Source: Blepharisma stoltei ATCC 30299 | Taxonomy: Eukaryota > Protista > Ciliophora | NCBI GenBank assembly: GCA_965603825.1 | Contig: CBFDEM010000014.1 | Location: 1 to 64,000, forward strand | Direction: 5' to 3' | Length of the DNA stretch: 64,000 bases | Shown: in pieces, positions 36,444 to 47,870 of the stretch | Layout: each line of letters begins with the position of its first letter | How positions within the stretch are numbered: position 1 is the first letter of the stretch | The notes under the pieces: model-generated | What the model was told of the DNA's origin: nothing | Databases searched by the model: none | Seen by the model: only the letters and a program-made list of their open reading frames with translations | Position numbers and translations under genes: made by a program

Positions 36444-37277
36444 ATGGTCGGTATCTTTTGCTTATTAATTCCATTTGTTTTTGCTCTTGACCCAACTCGA
36501 GTGAAATATGCCATAAATTGCGGCGGCGGCCAAATAACATCCTCTGACGGTATTATGTATCAAAAAGACACAGGTTTTTCCTCAGGAGTCTCAAATGACG
36601 CTGGGTCTGAATTAAAGGTAAAAATGACAAAATCTCCAGAGCTTTATCAAACAGAAAGGTATGATACCCAAGACTTCAGCTACTCAATCCCAATTGAAGA
36701 GCCAGGAAACTACGTTTTAATTCTCAAATTTTCAGAAATTTATTTTAACAGCGAAGGCCAAAAAAAATTTTTCATAAAAATTGGGGACACTTTTGTCGTG
36801 AAAGACTTAGACATATATGCCAAGGTTGGGAAAAATGCCGCTTATGACGAATTTATTAAATTTAAATATGAAGGAGAAAAAATATTGATAAATGGAAAAG
36901 AGTCAAAAAATTCAGTACAAAATGGAAAAATAAAGGTGGAGTTTGTGAAGGGGGAGAAGGATAACCCGAAAATCAATGCAATTGTGTTGGTTAAAGGGGA
37001 GCTAACGGATACAGATTATTATGTACAGACTGAGAGGATTAAGAAAATACAGGAGCTGAAGGAGTTAAGTCGCAAAAAGCCAATTAAGGTTGAGAGAAAA
37101 GAGGAGTTTGATCAATATGACTATGAAGCTGTTGAGCAGAATGTAATAGAGCGCGATGAAGACTCTTTACTTAATGTCATATTGTCAACTCCTGGGCTGG
37201 TTTTGATAGCAATTGTGTCGAGTTTGACTTATTTTGCATGCAAAAGTACAACTAAAAATCGGCATCCTAAATTTTAA
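36444..37277 (+). CDS. MLEC: Malectin (ER lectin)
   Basis: Signal peptide, YAINCGG, LYQTERY, LILKFSEIYF, AAYDE, DNPKINAI, C-terminal TM. Confidence 0.93.
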   Translation: MVGIFCLLIPFVFALDPTRVKYAINCGGGQITSSDGIMYQKDTGFSSGVSNDAGSELKVKMTKSPELYQTERYDTQDFSYSIPIEEPGNYVLILKFSEIYFNSEGQKKFFIKIGDTFVVKDLDIYAKVGKNAAYDEFIKFKYEGEKILINGKESKNSVQNGKIKVEFVKGEKDNPKINAIVLVKGELTDTDYYVQTERIKKIQELKELSRKKPIKVERKEEFDQYDYEAVEQNVIERDEDSLLNVILSTPGLVLIAIVSSLTYFACKSTTKNRHPKF

Positions 37278-37490
37278 TCTTTTTTCTATAATTTTTAAAT
37301 CCATATCTTAGCTTTAAGAATCCAAAAGCAATTAAATTATGCAGAATTTTCCTAAAAATTTTATCCATTTTTGCTTACTTAAAACTGAAATATAAAATTA
37401 AGCTATTAGCAGCACATTGAAGTTCAGTGTCTTATTATAAATGATGCATAGTCAGCACTTGTCTATTATATAAACTTTTAAACTATTTAA

Positions 37491-38465
37491 TTACATTATT
37501 AATTCCTGGCTTAAAGACAATGCAAACCTATGAAACCTGAAAACCAAAAGTTTATTCATTTTTTGTTCATCAATATCCTTTCCGCTCACCCCAAACAAAT
37601 TTCTTTCAATATTCAGTGCTTTTTCGTGTTTTACTAAAAACTCAGCAATATCATTTATTTTCTCTGCGAACTTCCTATTTTTCGATATATCTTTATATCG
37701 ATCTCCTGTCCTTATAAGTGAATACAAAATATTCACCATTTTAGTGCTTTCACTTGCGTATTTTTTTGATGATAAATATTTCATACCCAAATTCACGATT
37801 TTTTCTTTCAAACTTGGCGAATTTTTTTTCGATTTTTCATTGACCATCAGTCCTAAAGATTTTTTTAAAAAGGGTTTTCACGGCATAGTCAGTGGCTTTG
37901 TATCTTTAAATGCGTCTTCTATTGAAATTTTATTAGGAATCCTTAAATCGTACAGGACATTTTTAGGCGTTTTTTTCATAGTATTATAAGAAGTATAAAG
38001 CAGCGTCTTTTGTAAAGCAGGTTTCATTATAGACTCAGGCGCTTTGCATTTAAAACTTTTTTCGCTTTGCATCAATTCTAATTTGAAATGGTTTGCTGTA
38101 AGTCCACTAGAACTTTTAATAGTCCTATGAAATCTGTATTCTCCACAAATACAGGAAGCTTTCATGCAGTCTTGGCATTTTATAGGAATTATAGGAGTAG
38201 ATGGCTTTGAGGACTCTTTTGAGCGTGATCCAGGAGGGTGTCAGTACCGAAAATCAGTAGTTCGCCTTGAATAATTAAATTTTGGGGTGGATGCATTATT
38301 ATTGATTGGAGTGCTTTGTTTTGAGTCTAAAAAACTTTCTTCTTCATTCATGGACACATTAATAGTTCCTTGAGGCGAGTTATCAAAAGATAAGTTTTCA
38401 AGGTTTGGGGACAAGGTTTGAGGGACCTTAAGGCTTTTTCTTAAGAGCTTCTCTCTAGATTTCAT
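37491..38465 (-). CDS. Hypothetical protein; TGA=Trp at 38241 and 37878
   Basis: Three same-frame ORFs joined by TGA. Confidence 0.72.
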
Positions 38466-38511
38466 CTATTTGGAATAAATTTTTATTAGAAACAGTTAAA
38501 TAAATAAGAAG

Positions 38512-39894
38512 ATGGATAAAAAATTTGCCTTGTTAATCGGGTTTATTGCCTTATTTTTTATCAATATCATCTTCATCATATACTACACTGACGCTCCCAA
38601 GATTAATTTCAATCTTCTCTCCCGCACTAAAAAAATTGAGCAAGTTCATATAGCCCTTGGGAGCACTGAAAACTCAATGAATATTATGTGAGTCATGAAA
38701 GACGACCCAGAAAACTGCTGGGTTGACATTGAAGGAATTAAGGTAAATTTTACCATGAAAAGTCCTTTAGAATATTTTGGAAACACAGGGAAGCATTATA
38801 AACGATTTTTCTACACAGCGATAATAAATGACTTAATCCCTGGCCATCACTATAGCTATCAAGTTATCTGCATTTATCAAGAAACTCTTACATATTCTGC
38901 AAAATTTGTGTTTAAAGGCCCTCCAGACAAAGACAGCAAGATTACTGCTATTTCTTTTGGAGATTTTCAAACAAATTCATACCCAGATCCTGCTGATAAT
39001 TACTCAAAATCAAAGCGAGCTAATATTTTGTCCCATCTCTTGCAAGAATCTAAATCATTAGACTGGTATGATTTGCTGCTGCACTCTGGAGATATCAGCT
39101 ATGACTTGTGGTCTTACAATGGGCTTATGGCTGACCATTATATGCAGTCAATTGAGTATTTCGCAGCAAGGTTTCCTTATATGACAGTCCCTGGCAACCA
39201 TGAGAGCTATACAAATTTTACCCACTACAAGGCACTATTTAAACCTATTGGAGAAGGTCTTTATTATAGCTTTAATTTAGGTCAGGCTCATTTTCTTATG
39301 ATTGACTCAGAAAGCTTTGTAGGGAGGTTTCACACCCAAAAAATGCTTGACGACCAAATGGACTTTATAAAAAGCGACTTAGAAAACAACCAACAGAGAT
39401 GGACTGTTATAATAAGCCATAGACCTATTTATTGCAGCCCAAATCCTGACTGTCGAGTTTGTATGTCAGCTTGCACACAATATTGCCACGTCTTATCAAA
39501 GTATCTAGAAGATTTACTAATAGAATATCATGTAGATCTATATATAGCAGGAGATGTGCACCTATATGAAAGGACGCTGCCTGTCTATAAAAATGAGACT
39601 ATGCAATATGGGAAAAATATTTTTGAAAACCCGCCAGCTCCTATATATATTGTTAATGGGGTTGGGGGAAGTTTTGACAGAGAAGATGACCCGTCACGTG
39701 CTACTGAAGAGCCAATGGTGTGGAGCGTATCAATAGACGAATGCTTGGGATATGGAAAATTGATAATACACAATGCGACACACTTGCAATGGACTCAGTA
39801 TGGGATTGGGAAAACTTTGAGTGATCCGCCTGATTTTGTGGAAAGTGCGAAGCCTAGGAAAATAGATGAGTTTTTTATAATAAAAAATAAGTAA
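38512..39894 (+). CDS. Purple acid phosphatase (ACP7-like) with N-terminal signal anchor; TGA=Trp at 38689
   Basis: EQVHIALG..IM(W); metal motifs FGD, GDISYD, PGNHE, SHRPIY, GDVHLYER. Confidence 0.92.
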
Positions 39895-40141
39895 TAGAGT
39901 TTATTATGCATTTTCTTAGATTTGGTATAAAACAGGTTTTTTGACCTTTTGATTTACTGAACTGTTTCAGGTGGATAAAGAAAAAGGAATTTTCAGAAGA
40001 AGTAAGCTGTAAAATTACGAATCCAGCTATAAATATAAAGAAAAATCCAATAAAAACACTAATTTCTTATTATTTGAGCCAATTATCTTTTGAATAAGAA
40101 AATAATCCCATTTTCTGAGCCTTGTATATCTATAATAAATC

Positions 40142-40636
40142 ATGTCCCAGAGTCTTGGAAAACTGAATTCTCCTTATTTACCGGTAGCCCGTACGTCAAA
40201 AAGCAAAAGAGCAAGTCCGAATCATAAATATGACTTCGCCAAAATCTACGTAATTTCGACGAAAGCTGCAAATTATAATCGAAACGCAATGGAGAAGAAT
40301 ACAAAAGCCAAAGCCCAAGCTAATACCAGCGTAGAAGCTAAACCGAAGCCTAGAAATTGGTCAAATAACCCTGTAAGAAGTTCTTGTGACGATGGACTTA
40401 ATAAATTAGACTATTTGAACACAAGAAGCCTTTTGGCCAGATCTGGGCTATTATCACTGCAACAGAGATTGCTACAAATCGAGCTTACAAAAGCAATGAA
40501 AAACTTAGATTCTTCTTTTATAGAGGAGCTAAGCTGCTTTAACCAAGATAATACGTTCGAGAAACCGTTTGACAGCCTTTATGAAAAATATTCACATTCG
40601 GGAAATAGTATGGGAATTAGAATAAGCGAGAATTAG
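40142..40636 (+). CDS. Hypothetical protein
   Basis: 164-aa ORF with ATAAATCATG start between AT-rich spacers. Confidence 0.65.
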   Translation: MSQSLGKLNSPYLPVARTSKSKRASPNHKYDFAKIYVISTKAANYNRNAMEKNTKAKAQANTSVEAKPKPRNWSNNPVRSSCDDGLNKLDYLNTRSLLARSGLLSLQQRLLQIELTKAMKNLDSSFIEELSCFNQDNTFEKPFDSLYEKYSHSGNSMGIRISEN

Positions 40637-41026
40637 AAGAACTGTATTAAATAATTATAATCAATTATCTTAGCTTAATTGGATAAATCTTGATTATTTT
40701 AGGAAATAAAAAATATTTTGAGATCTGGCTTTTAGGATAGTTAAAAGAAAATAATGAAATAAGCAATTATAAGGTGGAAAATTAAATATAAGCATCTGCA
40801 ATATAAATTTGTCAGTGAAAATAATATTATCGAGGGGCTATTTTATTGGCAATTATTTCTTTGCTCAGCGCCATTTGACAAGTTTATATTTAGCTAAATT
40901 ATATGAATTTCTATCTGCTTCAAAATCATGCTTTGGAAAATTAAAGAAAATATAAATAATATCCATCTTCTTTAGCATGTCAAAAGCGAGAATTTCTTGA
41001 TATTTGCTATTTTAAGTACAATTAAA

Positions 41027-41638
41027 TTACTTATGGAAATACTTCCACGCACAAGCTGCAGCCGCCAACCCCAGTACAACCACCATTATCATCGAATAAT
41101 TGCTTTCCTCATTGTTCAAAAACTTATTCTGCTTCATAGATTTCAAACTTCTCCCACCCATATTAACAGCCTGCCCTCCTTCCTCATGTGTAACCAATAC
41201 CATACATATCATCGATAAAACCACACTGACGGCCAGCCAGCCTGTGCTTGCTTTATTTCCTTTCATTTTTGGTTCATCATTCTTTACGAACCCTTTGTAA
41301 AATTCCAATTCCTTTTTCAGCATGCCATTTTCAGCTTTTAAAGCTGCGTTTTCCAACGTCAACTTTTGGTTTATTTCTGCAATCTGCGAAAGGGTCGTGT
41401 CCAAACTTGTCAGTTCTATCTTTTTCCTTGCTCGGCTTCTAGAAGCACTTTCTCGATTTTGCCTTTTTTTCCGAGCTTTTTTATATTCGAGGGTTCCTGG
41501 AAGGAAACTGGATTCATCTAGTTGGTCAATAGGGCGTTTTTTGGGGAGGTCTTGAAACGAGTCGATTGTGTCTTGAAATGAGAAGTAGTCAGGGATCGGG
41601 TCTAAGTCATGAATGTTAAATAGGTCGTAATCAGTCAT
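41027..41638 (-). CDS. Membrane-tethered bZIP transcription factor
   Basis: KKRQNRESASRSRARKK basic region plus leucine zipper, followed by two hydrophobic segments. Confidence 0.9.
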   Translation of the reverse strand: MTDYDLFNIHDLDPIPDYFSFQDTIDSFQDLPKKRPIDQLDESSFLPGTLEYKKARKKRQNRESASRSRARKKIELTSLDTTLSQIAEINQKLTLENAALKAENGMLKKELEFYKGFVKNDEPKMKGNKASTGWLAVSVVLSMICMVLVTHEEGGQAVNMGGRSLKSMKQNKFLNNEESNYSMIMVVVLGLAAAACAWKYFHK

Positions 41639-41711
41639 TTTGTCAGATATTTATAATGGATTTCATTTTTGGATGACGGAGACAATTTTAAGGTTAATTA
41701 GAAATTATAGG

Positions 41712-42722
41712 TTATAGGCTTGTTTTTCTGGCTGATTTCCAATAGCTGACAAGCTTAAGAGTTTCTTGAAGAAAATCTTCATCTCCGCCATAGAGCTTGG
41801 AGTCTCTCATTTTATTACATTTTTTACAGTACTCAAAAACATGTGAGTCTTCAAAATTCGTGCTTTCGCCTTCATCAATCTCTCTGAACTCAAAGCTGTC
41901 GTCCTCAAACTCTTCATCTTCTATCTCGTCACCCATGAAAATTCCTGAAAAATTATTTTTTAACGGCCTAAATCCAGTTTCATCTTCCTCAAAACTTGTC
42001 GACAGTATCAAGGATATCACCGCTGTTTTTGTTCTTTTGCACGTTCTTTCTCTTGGCAGCGAAATATCAGTGCTTATAGACGAGTTTGGTGAAATATCTT
42101 TACCTCCAATAAAAATAGATGAAAGTCTAGGCCTGTGGTGTGGATGCTGAGTTATTATTTTTGGCTGCATATCCTTTGCAATATACTCAGAAAAAATCAA
42201 GAGCTTATGATTTTTGGATTCCAGCTTAATAGGGTGACTTGGAAAACGCAAAATTTCTGTAGGCGAAATATTTGAATCTCATGAGGAAAAGGCATCTGAG
42301 GAATTTTTGAAGGAAATTGAAATTGATGATTTATTATGACAGTTTGCTGGCAATAATAGGCTTCCAGAAATCAAGGAACGAAGGACAGAAGAACATTTTT
42401 GTTCTAACTCAGTTTGGGATATTTTCATATATCGGGGGTTTTGCATCAGAATGAATACCCACTTTTCGAGTAGAAAAGGATGACAGCCTTCTGTATTCTG
42501 TATAATTTCTATGCCAAATTCAAATTTTTGAGCTTTGGGAGCGGTTAGTGCTGAAAGGACTTTCTCTCGGACTGTTTGGTGATCTGATGTGGAAACCCTC
42601 AAAAACTTGTTTTCTTGGGCTGGTGATTTAGATGGCTGGGATTTGGATGAGCATAAGAAACTGATGAGCTTGCAAATTAAATCTATAAAGATTTGGGGAG
42701 GAGATGAAAAGTTATTTTCCAT
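41712..42722 (-). CDS. ATG13: ATG13-like HORMA-domain protein; TGA=Trp at 42279
   Basis: LLEKWVF and VLRSLISGSLLLPA resemble Atg13 HORMA motifs; acidic/Ser-rich disordered tail. Confidence 0.65.
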
Positions 42723-43083
42723 TTTAAAGCTGTTGGTTTTAGCTGTATATAATATCGGGCACAACTAAGGTAATACAGAAAAAAGCAGGATTTTATACTT
42801 AGAGATATAGCACAGAATTTAATTTATAAAAAGGGATCAAAAGTGGATTTAGATTCTATTATAATCATAATTCAAAATGGGGTGTAAGGTACAATTTAAG
42901 CTAAACTATTTTTTATCAATATCAAAATTATACTTATTAAAAAAGGCTAGCTATAAAAATTATCAATAATCAGAAATTATATCAATAAGCTTTCTATCAG
43001 AAAATTATTTATTCTTGTTTTTCTCTACACCAATTATCTGTTATTTCGTATATTTTATTGATAAATTTACTGGCTATAGTATA

Positions 43084-44079
43084 ATGGAACCTCAGACTAC
43101 AATTGCAGCAGTGGTTCATGAGATTGGAAATCTCGACTCAATATCAGTTGACCGAGTTCCACTACCTGAATTAGAAGAAAGTCAAGTTATCGTCCAAATG
43201 GAATGTGCTCCAATCAATGTTACTGACTTAATGCTTGCTTTAGGGCACTTAGGAAACCCTCCACCTCCAAAAATTCTTGGGTTCGAAGGAAGTGGCACTG
43301 TAATTAAAAGTGGAAGCCACCCTTTTGCGCAATCTCTTATTGGAAAACGAGTAGCTGCTTTAGCTTCGTTACAAGGAGGCTTTGGAGCATTTTCTGAATA
43401 TTTGGTGACTTCAGCATACTCAGTCGTTGTTTTAAGAGATTCTGTTACTTTTGAACAAGGAGCTGGGCTGATTATAAGTCCATTTACTGTAGCTTTAATG
43501 ATAGAGAAATTAAAAGAAGGCAGCCACACTTCAGTTGTTTTTAATGCTGCAGCTTCTACAATCGTGAAAATGGCTATAAAATGGTGCAAATTGTTAAATA
43601 TCACTGCTATTTGTTTAGTAAGAACACAAGAGCAAGTCGATATTTTGGCTTCTATAGGAGTTCAGCATGCTTTTAATACTTCAAAAGAGGGCTGGAAAAA
43701 TGAAGCAAAAGCATTGACAAATCAGCTAGGGACGAAAATTGGATTTGATTGTATTGCTGGGAATGAAACACAAAATATGATAGATTTATTGGTAGAGGAA
43801 GGGACTGTTTATGTGTATGGAGTACTTTCTGGACAAAGCTCAATCCCTCTTAGTGTTGGAGATAAGATTGTGCGTGGCTTGTTATGGGCAAAGTGGTTTT
43901 TCAGGTTATCAGCTGAAAAAAGAGCTGAAATTGAGAATAAGCTTCAAGATTTGGTTGGGGATGTGCTGAAAACTGAGTTTAATGAAGAGGTAAGTCTTGA
44001 TGGAGTTAAAGATGCAATTAAGCAGTATTCTGAAAGAAAAACAGATAGAAAATTCTTAGTAAGACTAAGAAGAGCTTAA
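43084..44079 (+). CDS. MDR-family NAD(P)H oxidoreductase (quinone/enoyl reductase-like), copy 1
   Basis: APINVTDL, LGFEGSGTV, NAAAS, YGVLSG; lacks the Zn-ADH GHE and Cys cluster. Confidence 0.9.
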   Translation: MEPQTTIAAVVHEIGNLDSISVDRVPLPELEESQVIVQMECAPINVTDLMLALGHLGNPPPPKILGFEGSGTVIKSGSHPFAQSLIGKRVAALASLQGGFGAFSEYLVTSAYSVVVLRDSVTFEQGAGLIISPFTVALMIEKLKEGSHTSVVFNAAASTIVKMAIKWCKLLNITAICLVRTQEQVDILASIGVQHAFNTSKEGWKNEAKALTNQLGTKIGFDCIAGNETQNMIDLLVEEGTVYVYGVLSGQSSIPLSVGDKIVRGLLWAKWFFRLSAEKRAEIENKLQDLVGDVLKTEFNEEVSLDGVKDAIKQYSERKTDRKFLVRLRRA

Positions 44080-44334
44080 AAGCTATCTTTTCTTTATGAT
44101 TTAACGCCTTAATATTCTTTGCTTTCTTTTAGCAGCAACTATATAGAAAAGCATGAGGTAAATTTTTATATGATTTACATACAATAAGCCTTCAAGAATT
44201 AGTTAAAGTGAAGGCAATTTTAATCTGAGTTTTGCTTATAATTTTAACAATTTTACTTTATCAGCATTTTTGCCTTATTTTTCTCCATTGCTTACCATAT
44301 TTTTATTGATAAACCCATTGGAGATAATTATATA

Positions 44335-45345
44335 ATGGCGACTCAAGCGACAACTGCAGTAGTGATTCATGAGTTAGGAAACCTTGACTCAATATCGGTT
44401 GAACAAGTTCTTCTGCCAAGCTTAGAAGAGAATCAGGTTTTAATTCAAATAGAGTGCGCCCCGATCAATCCTATTGACTTAATGCTGGCTACAGGGCATC
44501 ATGGGATTCCTCCGCCTCCAAAAATTCTCGGATTTGAAGGAAGTGGCACTGTTATTAGAAGTGGAAGTCATCCATATGCGCAATCTCTTGTTGGAAAGAG
44601 AGTTGCTGCATTATCTCCACTGCAAGGAGGCTTTGGAGCACTTTCTGAGTATTTGGTTACTTCTGCGTTTACAGTGGTTGTTTTAAGAGATTCTGTTACC
44701 TTTGAGCAAGGAGCTAGCTTACTTATAAATCCTCTCACCGTTGCTATAATGATTGAGAGGTTGAAAGAAGGAAGACAAACTTCAGCTGTATTTAATGCTG
44801 CAGCTTCTTCGCTAGCGAAAATGGCGATCCGATGGTGTCAGTCTCTGAATATCTCTCCTATTTGCTTAGTGAAAAGGCAAGAGCAAGTTGATTTGCTGGC
44901 TTCTCTTGGTGTACAGCATGTTTTTAACACTTCAAAAGATGGCTGGAAAGACGAAGCGAAAGCAGTGACAAGTCAATTAGGTACGAAAATTGGATTTGAT
45001 TGCATTTCAGGGACTGAGACTCAGGACATGATAAATTTATTATTAGATGGAGGAACTGTCCATGTGTATGGATCGCTTTCAGGGCAAGAACCTCAGATAA
45101 GTTCTTTTTCGCTTATTTCAGGCGATAAATCGATTCGAGGTCTCACATGGGGAACATGGTTTTTCAGACTGCCTGCTGATAAAAAATCGGAAGTTGAAAA
45201 TGAAGTGCAAGACTTGATCGGCAGCATCCTAAAAACTGACTTTCATGCAGAAATCACTTTAGATGGAGTTAAAGATGCCATAAAGCAGTATTCTACAAAG
45301 AAAACTGACTCAAAGTTCTTGGTAAGAGTAAGAAAGACTCAGTAA
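44335..45345 (+). CDS. MDR-family oxidoreductase, copy 2 (tandem paralog)
   Basis: Collinear with copy 1 (APINPIDL, LGFEGSGTV, INPLTV). Confidence 0.9.
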   Translation: MATQATTAVVIHELGNLDSISVEQVLLPSLEENQVLIQIECAPINPIDLMLATGHHGIPPPPKILGFEGSGTVIRSGSHPYAQSLVGKRVAALSPLQGGFGALSEYLVTSAFTVVVLRDSVTFEQGASLLINPLTVAIMIERLKEGRQTSAVFNAAASSLAKMAIRWCQSLNISPICLVKRQEQVDLLASLGVQHVFNTSKDGWKDEAKAVTSQLGTKIGFDCISGTETQDMINLLLDGGTVHVYGSLSGQEPQISSFSLISGDKSIRGLTWGTWFFRLPADKKSEVENEVQDLIGSILKTDFHAEITLDGVKDAIKQYSTKKTDSKFLVRVRKTQ

Positions 45346-45640
45346 TAAAATAACTTTCTACATGGTCTATATTGTTAGTTTTACACAAAATCTTCTAATA
45401 AGAAATATTAAATATTTATAATACCAGAATCATTATGCTGAAAAGCTTTAGTCAAACTGTAAACACATGACAGTGGTTGATTCAGCATATATTATGGCTT
45501 AGAAATATAATATAACTAAATTTAAATGCAACTACTCTTGATAAAATTACATTTAAAAGATATGAATAGCTATTATAGTAATGATTTTAAAATGACAAAA
45601 ATTAATAATTATAGTTTTTTTATAAGAATTATTAAATAGG

Positions 45641-45940
45641 CTATCAGATGGAGGAACTCTTTATTTTGATGGAAACCTTTCAAGACTAAATCTCCAATAG
45701 ATCTACTTTCAATTATTGATGTGGATGGTGACAAGGTAATTAGAGGCGTGACATAGGCAACTTGGTTTTTCTGCTTATTTCCTGAAAAAAAGAGACCAAA
45801 TTGATAATGAAGTACAAGACTAGATAGGGAGCATACTGAAAACTGATTTTCACGCAGAAATCACTTTAGATGGATTTAAAGAAGCCCTTAAGCATCAAGG
45901 AAAACTGACTCCAAGTTCTTGATAAGATTGAGTAAAACTG
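45641..45940 (+). pseudogene. Degenerate 3' fragment of the MDR oxidoreductase
   Basis: Matches copy 2 (AAAACTGATTTTCACGCAGAAATCACTTTAGATGGA) with TAG stops at ~45754 and ~45820 and indels. Confidence 0.88.
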
Positions 45941-46113
45941 ATATTTAAAAAATTGCATTTTCTACATAATTAATGGCTATAAGCCCAATATAACTTTCTG
46001 CTCGTCCTGAGCTATAATGGTATATTATATATAGTTTTATGCAAAGTCTTCTAATAAAAATGTATGAATTTGACTATTAAAAACAATTAATTATTTGTAA
46101 TAGCAGAATCATT

Positions 46114-46359
46114 ATGGGGACAAGTTTCAGCTCAAACTGCGGATGCATGACAGTGTTTGCTTCAGCGTGGCAAAAAACTTCTTCAATGTGGTCTTCAAAG
46201 TCACAAAGCGAAAGGCCAACAATTCTTGAAGAAGATGACACTCATTCAGCAGATCTTTTATCAGAACAAGAAATTCAAAGGCTACTGAATGAAAGCCAAG
46301 ATTACTACAATTCAGATCCGAAAAATTTTAGTTTCCATAAATCGAAATCTGACCTGTAA
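46114..46359 (+). CDS. 81-aa protein with predicted N-myristoylation/palmitoylation (MGTSFSSNCGC)
   Basis: MGxxxS plus nearby Cys; clean ORF in AT-rich context. Confidence 0.65.
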   Translation: MGTSFSSNCGCMTVFASAWQKTSSMWSSKSQSERPTILEEDDTHSADLLSEQEIQRLLNESQDYYNSDPKNFSFHKSKSDL

Positions 46360-46625
46360 ATAATCGACAAAATTACTGTAGGTGAGGTATTAAAAATGAA
46401 TTAAATAATCAAGCGATAATTTTATAAATTTAAGGTTTTGATTTTTATTATAATTGAAGATTAACTAATTATTATGAACAATAATTGCGAAAATTAGGTA
46501 TAAAGGCTTGATTGAGTTGTAAAATGAATTAAAATACTAATATATAATGATTATAATATGATAATAATAAAAAAGATATATATAAATTAATATTAGCAAG
46601 ACTTGCTATTTAATTAATTAAATTA

Positions 46626-47621
46626 TTATAGAAAATCAAAATTAATTGCTCTTTGCTTCATTTCTCTCATTTTACTTGTTACTTCCCTTGATGGAGATTT
46701 GTTGAAATCCGGCGAAGAAGCCTTTGAATGCGGGAGTAGCATATTAACAGCAACCATTACTTTATCTTTGTTTATGGAATCAAATGTAGTTGCTGTCTTG
46801 TTTGCAAACCTATCAGATCCTTTGCTCATATCAATGATTCCTTTATCTAAAGGTTTCCTAATTAATTTTTCGCTTCAGCTATACTCTGGGAGGATTTCTT
46901 TTTTCTCAGTTTTTCTTGGAGAAGCTTTCCCAAAATCGTAAGCTGGAACCCTCTTAAATTTCCCATAGAGTGTAGGAAAATAGTCACTTTTATCTAGCGA
47001 AGTAATTTCTGCTTGTTTGTTCTCAAAAGTCCTTGAAGTTTGTTTTTCAAATGAAATAAGCCCTGCTGTTTCCCGAGCTGGGCTTAGATTTTCCCTTCGA
47101 TTTTTTATTTTTTCATTGAGAACGTCAGCATCAATATAGCTTGTCCTTGAGTCATGTGATCTTTCGGTATTGACTATTTTATGCGGATATTTGCATATAA
47201 GCTCTTCGTTTTCGGTGCAGGGTGGGAGATGGACCTTAGATTTCCTAGGAACAGTTGACGAAGATCTTAATAAAGTGACCCTTATTCTAGGCATAATTAG
47301 GTCTAATTTGGGATTATAGCGAGTTGACGAAGGGCTGTCTACGTTAGTTGGACGCAACTGAATAAAAATTACTGTATTTTTGTCTTGATTTTCTCGGGAA
47401 AAAGTTAGAAAACTGGACGTTAGCTTCTTAGTGGATTTATCTTGTTGAAGCTTAGATTGATAAAGCTCTACTTGAACCTTTCTTAGCTCCTTTTTTGCAT
47501 CATCAGATGTAATCACACGCTTTGGAGAGATGGTTTTTGCTCTGAACTTGTATTCTTTTTGCACAAGAGGGTCATATTGTTTTGTTTGCTTGGAAAACTT
47601 CTTCAAGTTATAATTGAGCAT
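46626..47621 (-). CDS. Hypothetical basic protein (possibly ciliary); TGA=Trp at 46875
   Basis: Two same-frame ORFs joined by TGA; PSSTRYNPK, ISFEKQTSR and PDFNKSPSR motifs. Confidence 0.72.
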
Positions 47622-47870
47622 TATTTACTTTAGACTTTTGTTTTGTATTTGATTTATTAAGACGAAACAATAAATTACTAGAAATTTGGCTTTTATAGCA
47701 TCATAAATTATTGTATAATTTTGCTTTATAAGATATTAATTATTTAGCTTTGAAAGCTGATTTAATTATTATCTAGATCGAATAGATTTTAATGCACCTT
47801 TAATATTCATGAAAAGCATAACTTCCATTTTTAATTAACGTCTAACTGAAAATATATATTTAAATTTGGC

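Noticed and set aside
43015-43083. N-terminal extension of MDR copy 1
   Set aside because: TTG start; the paralog begins at the position equivalent to ATG 43084.
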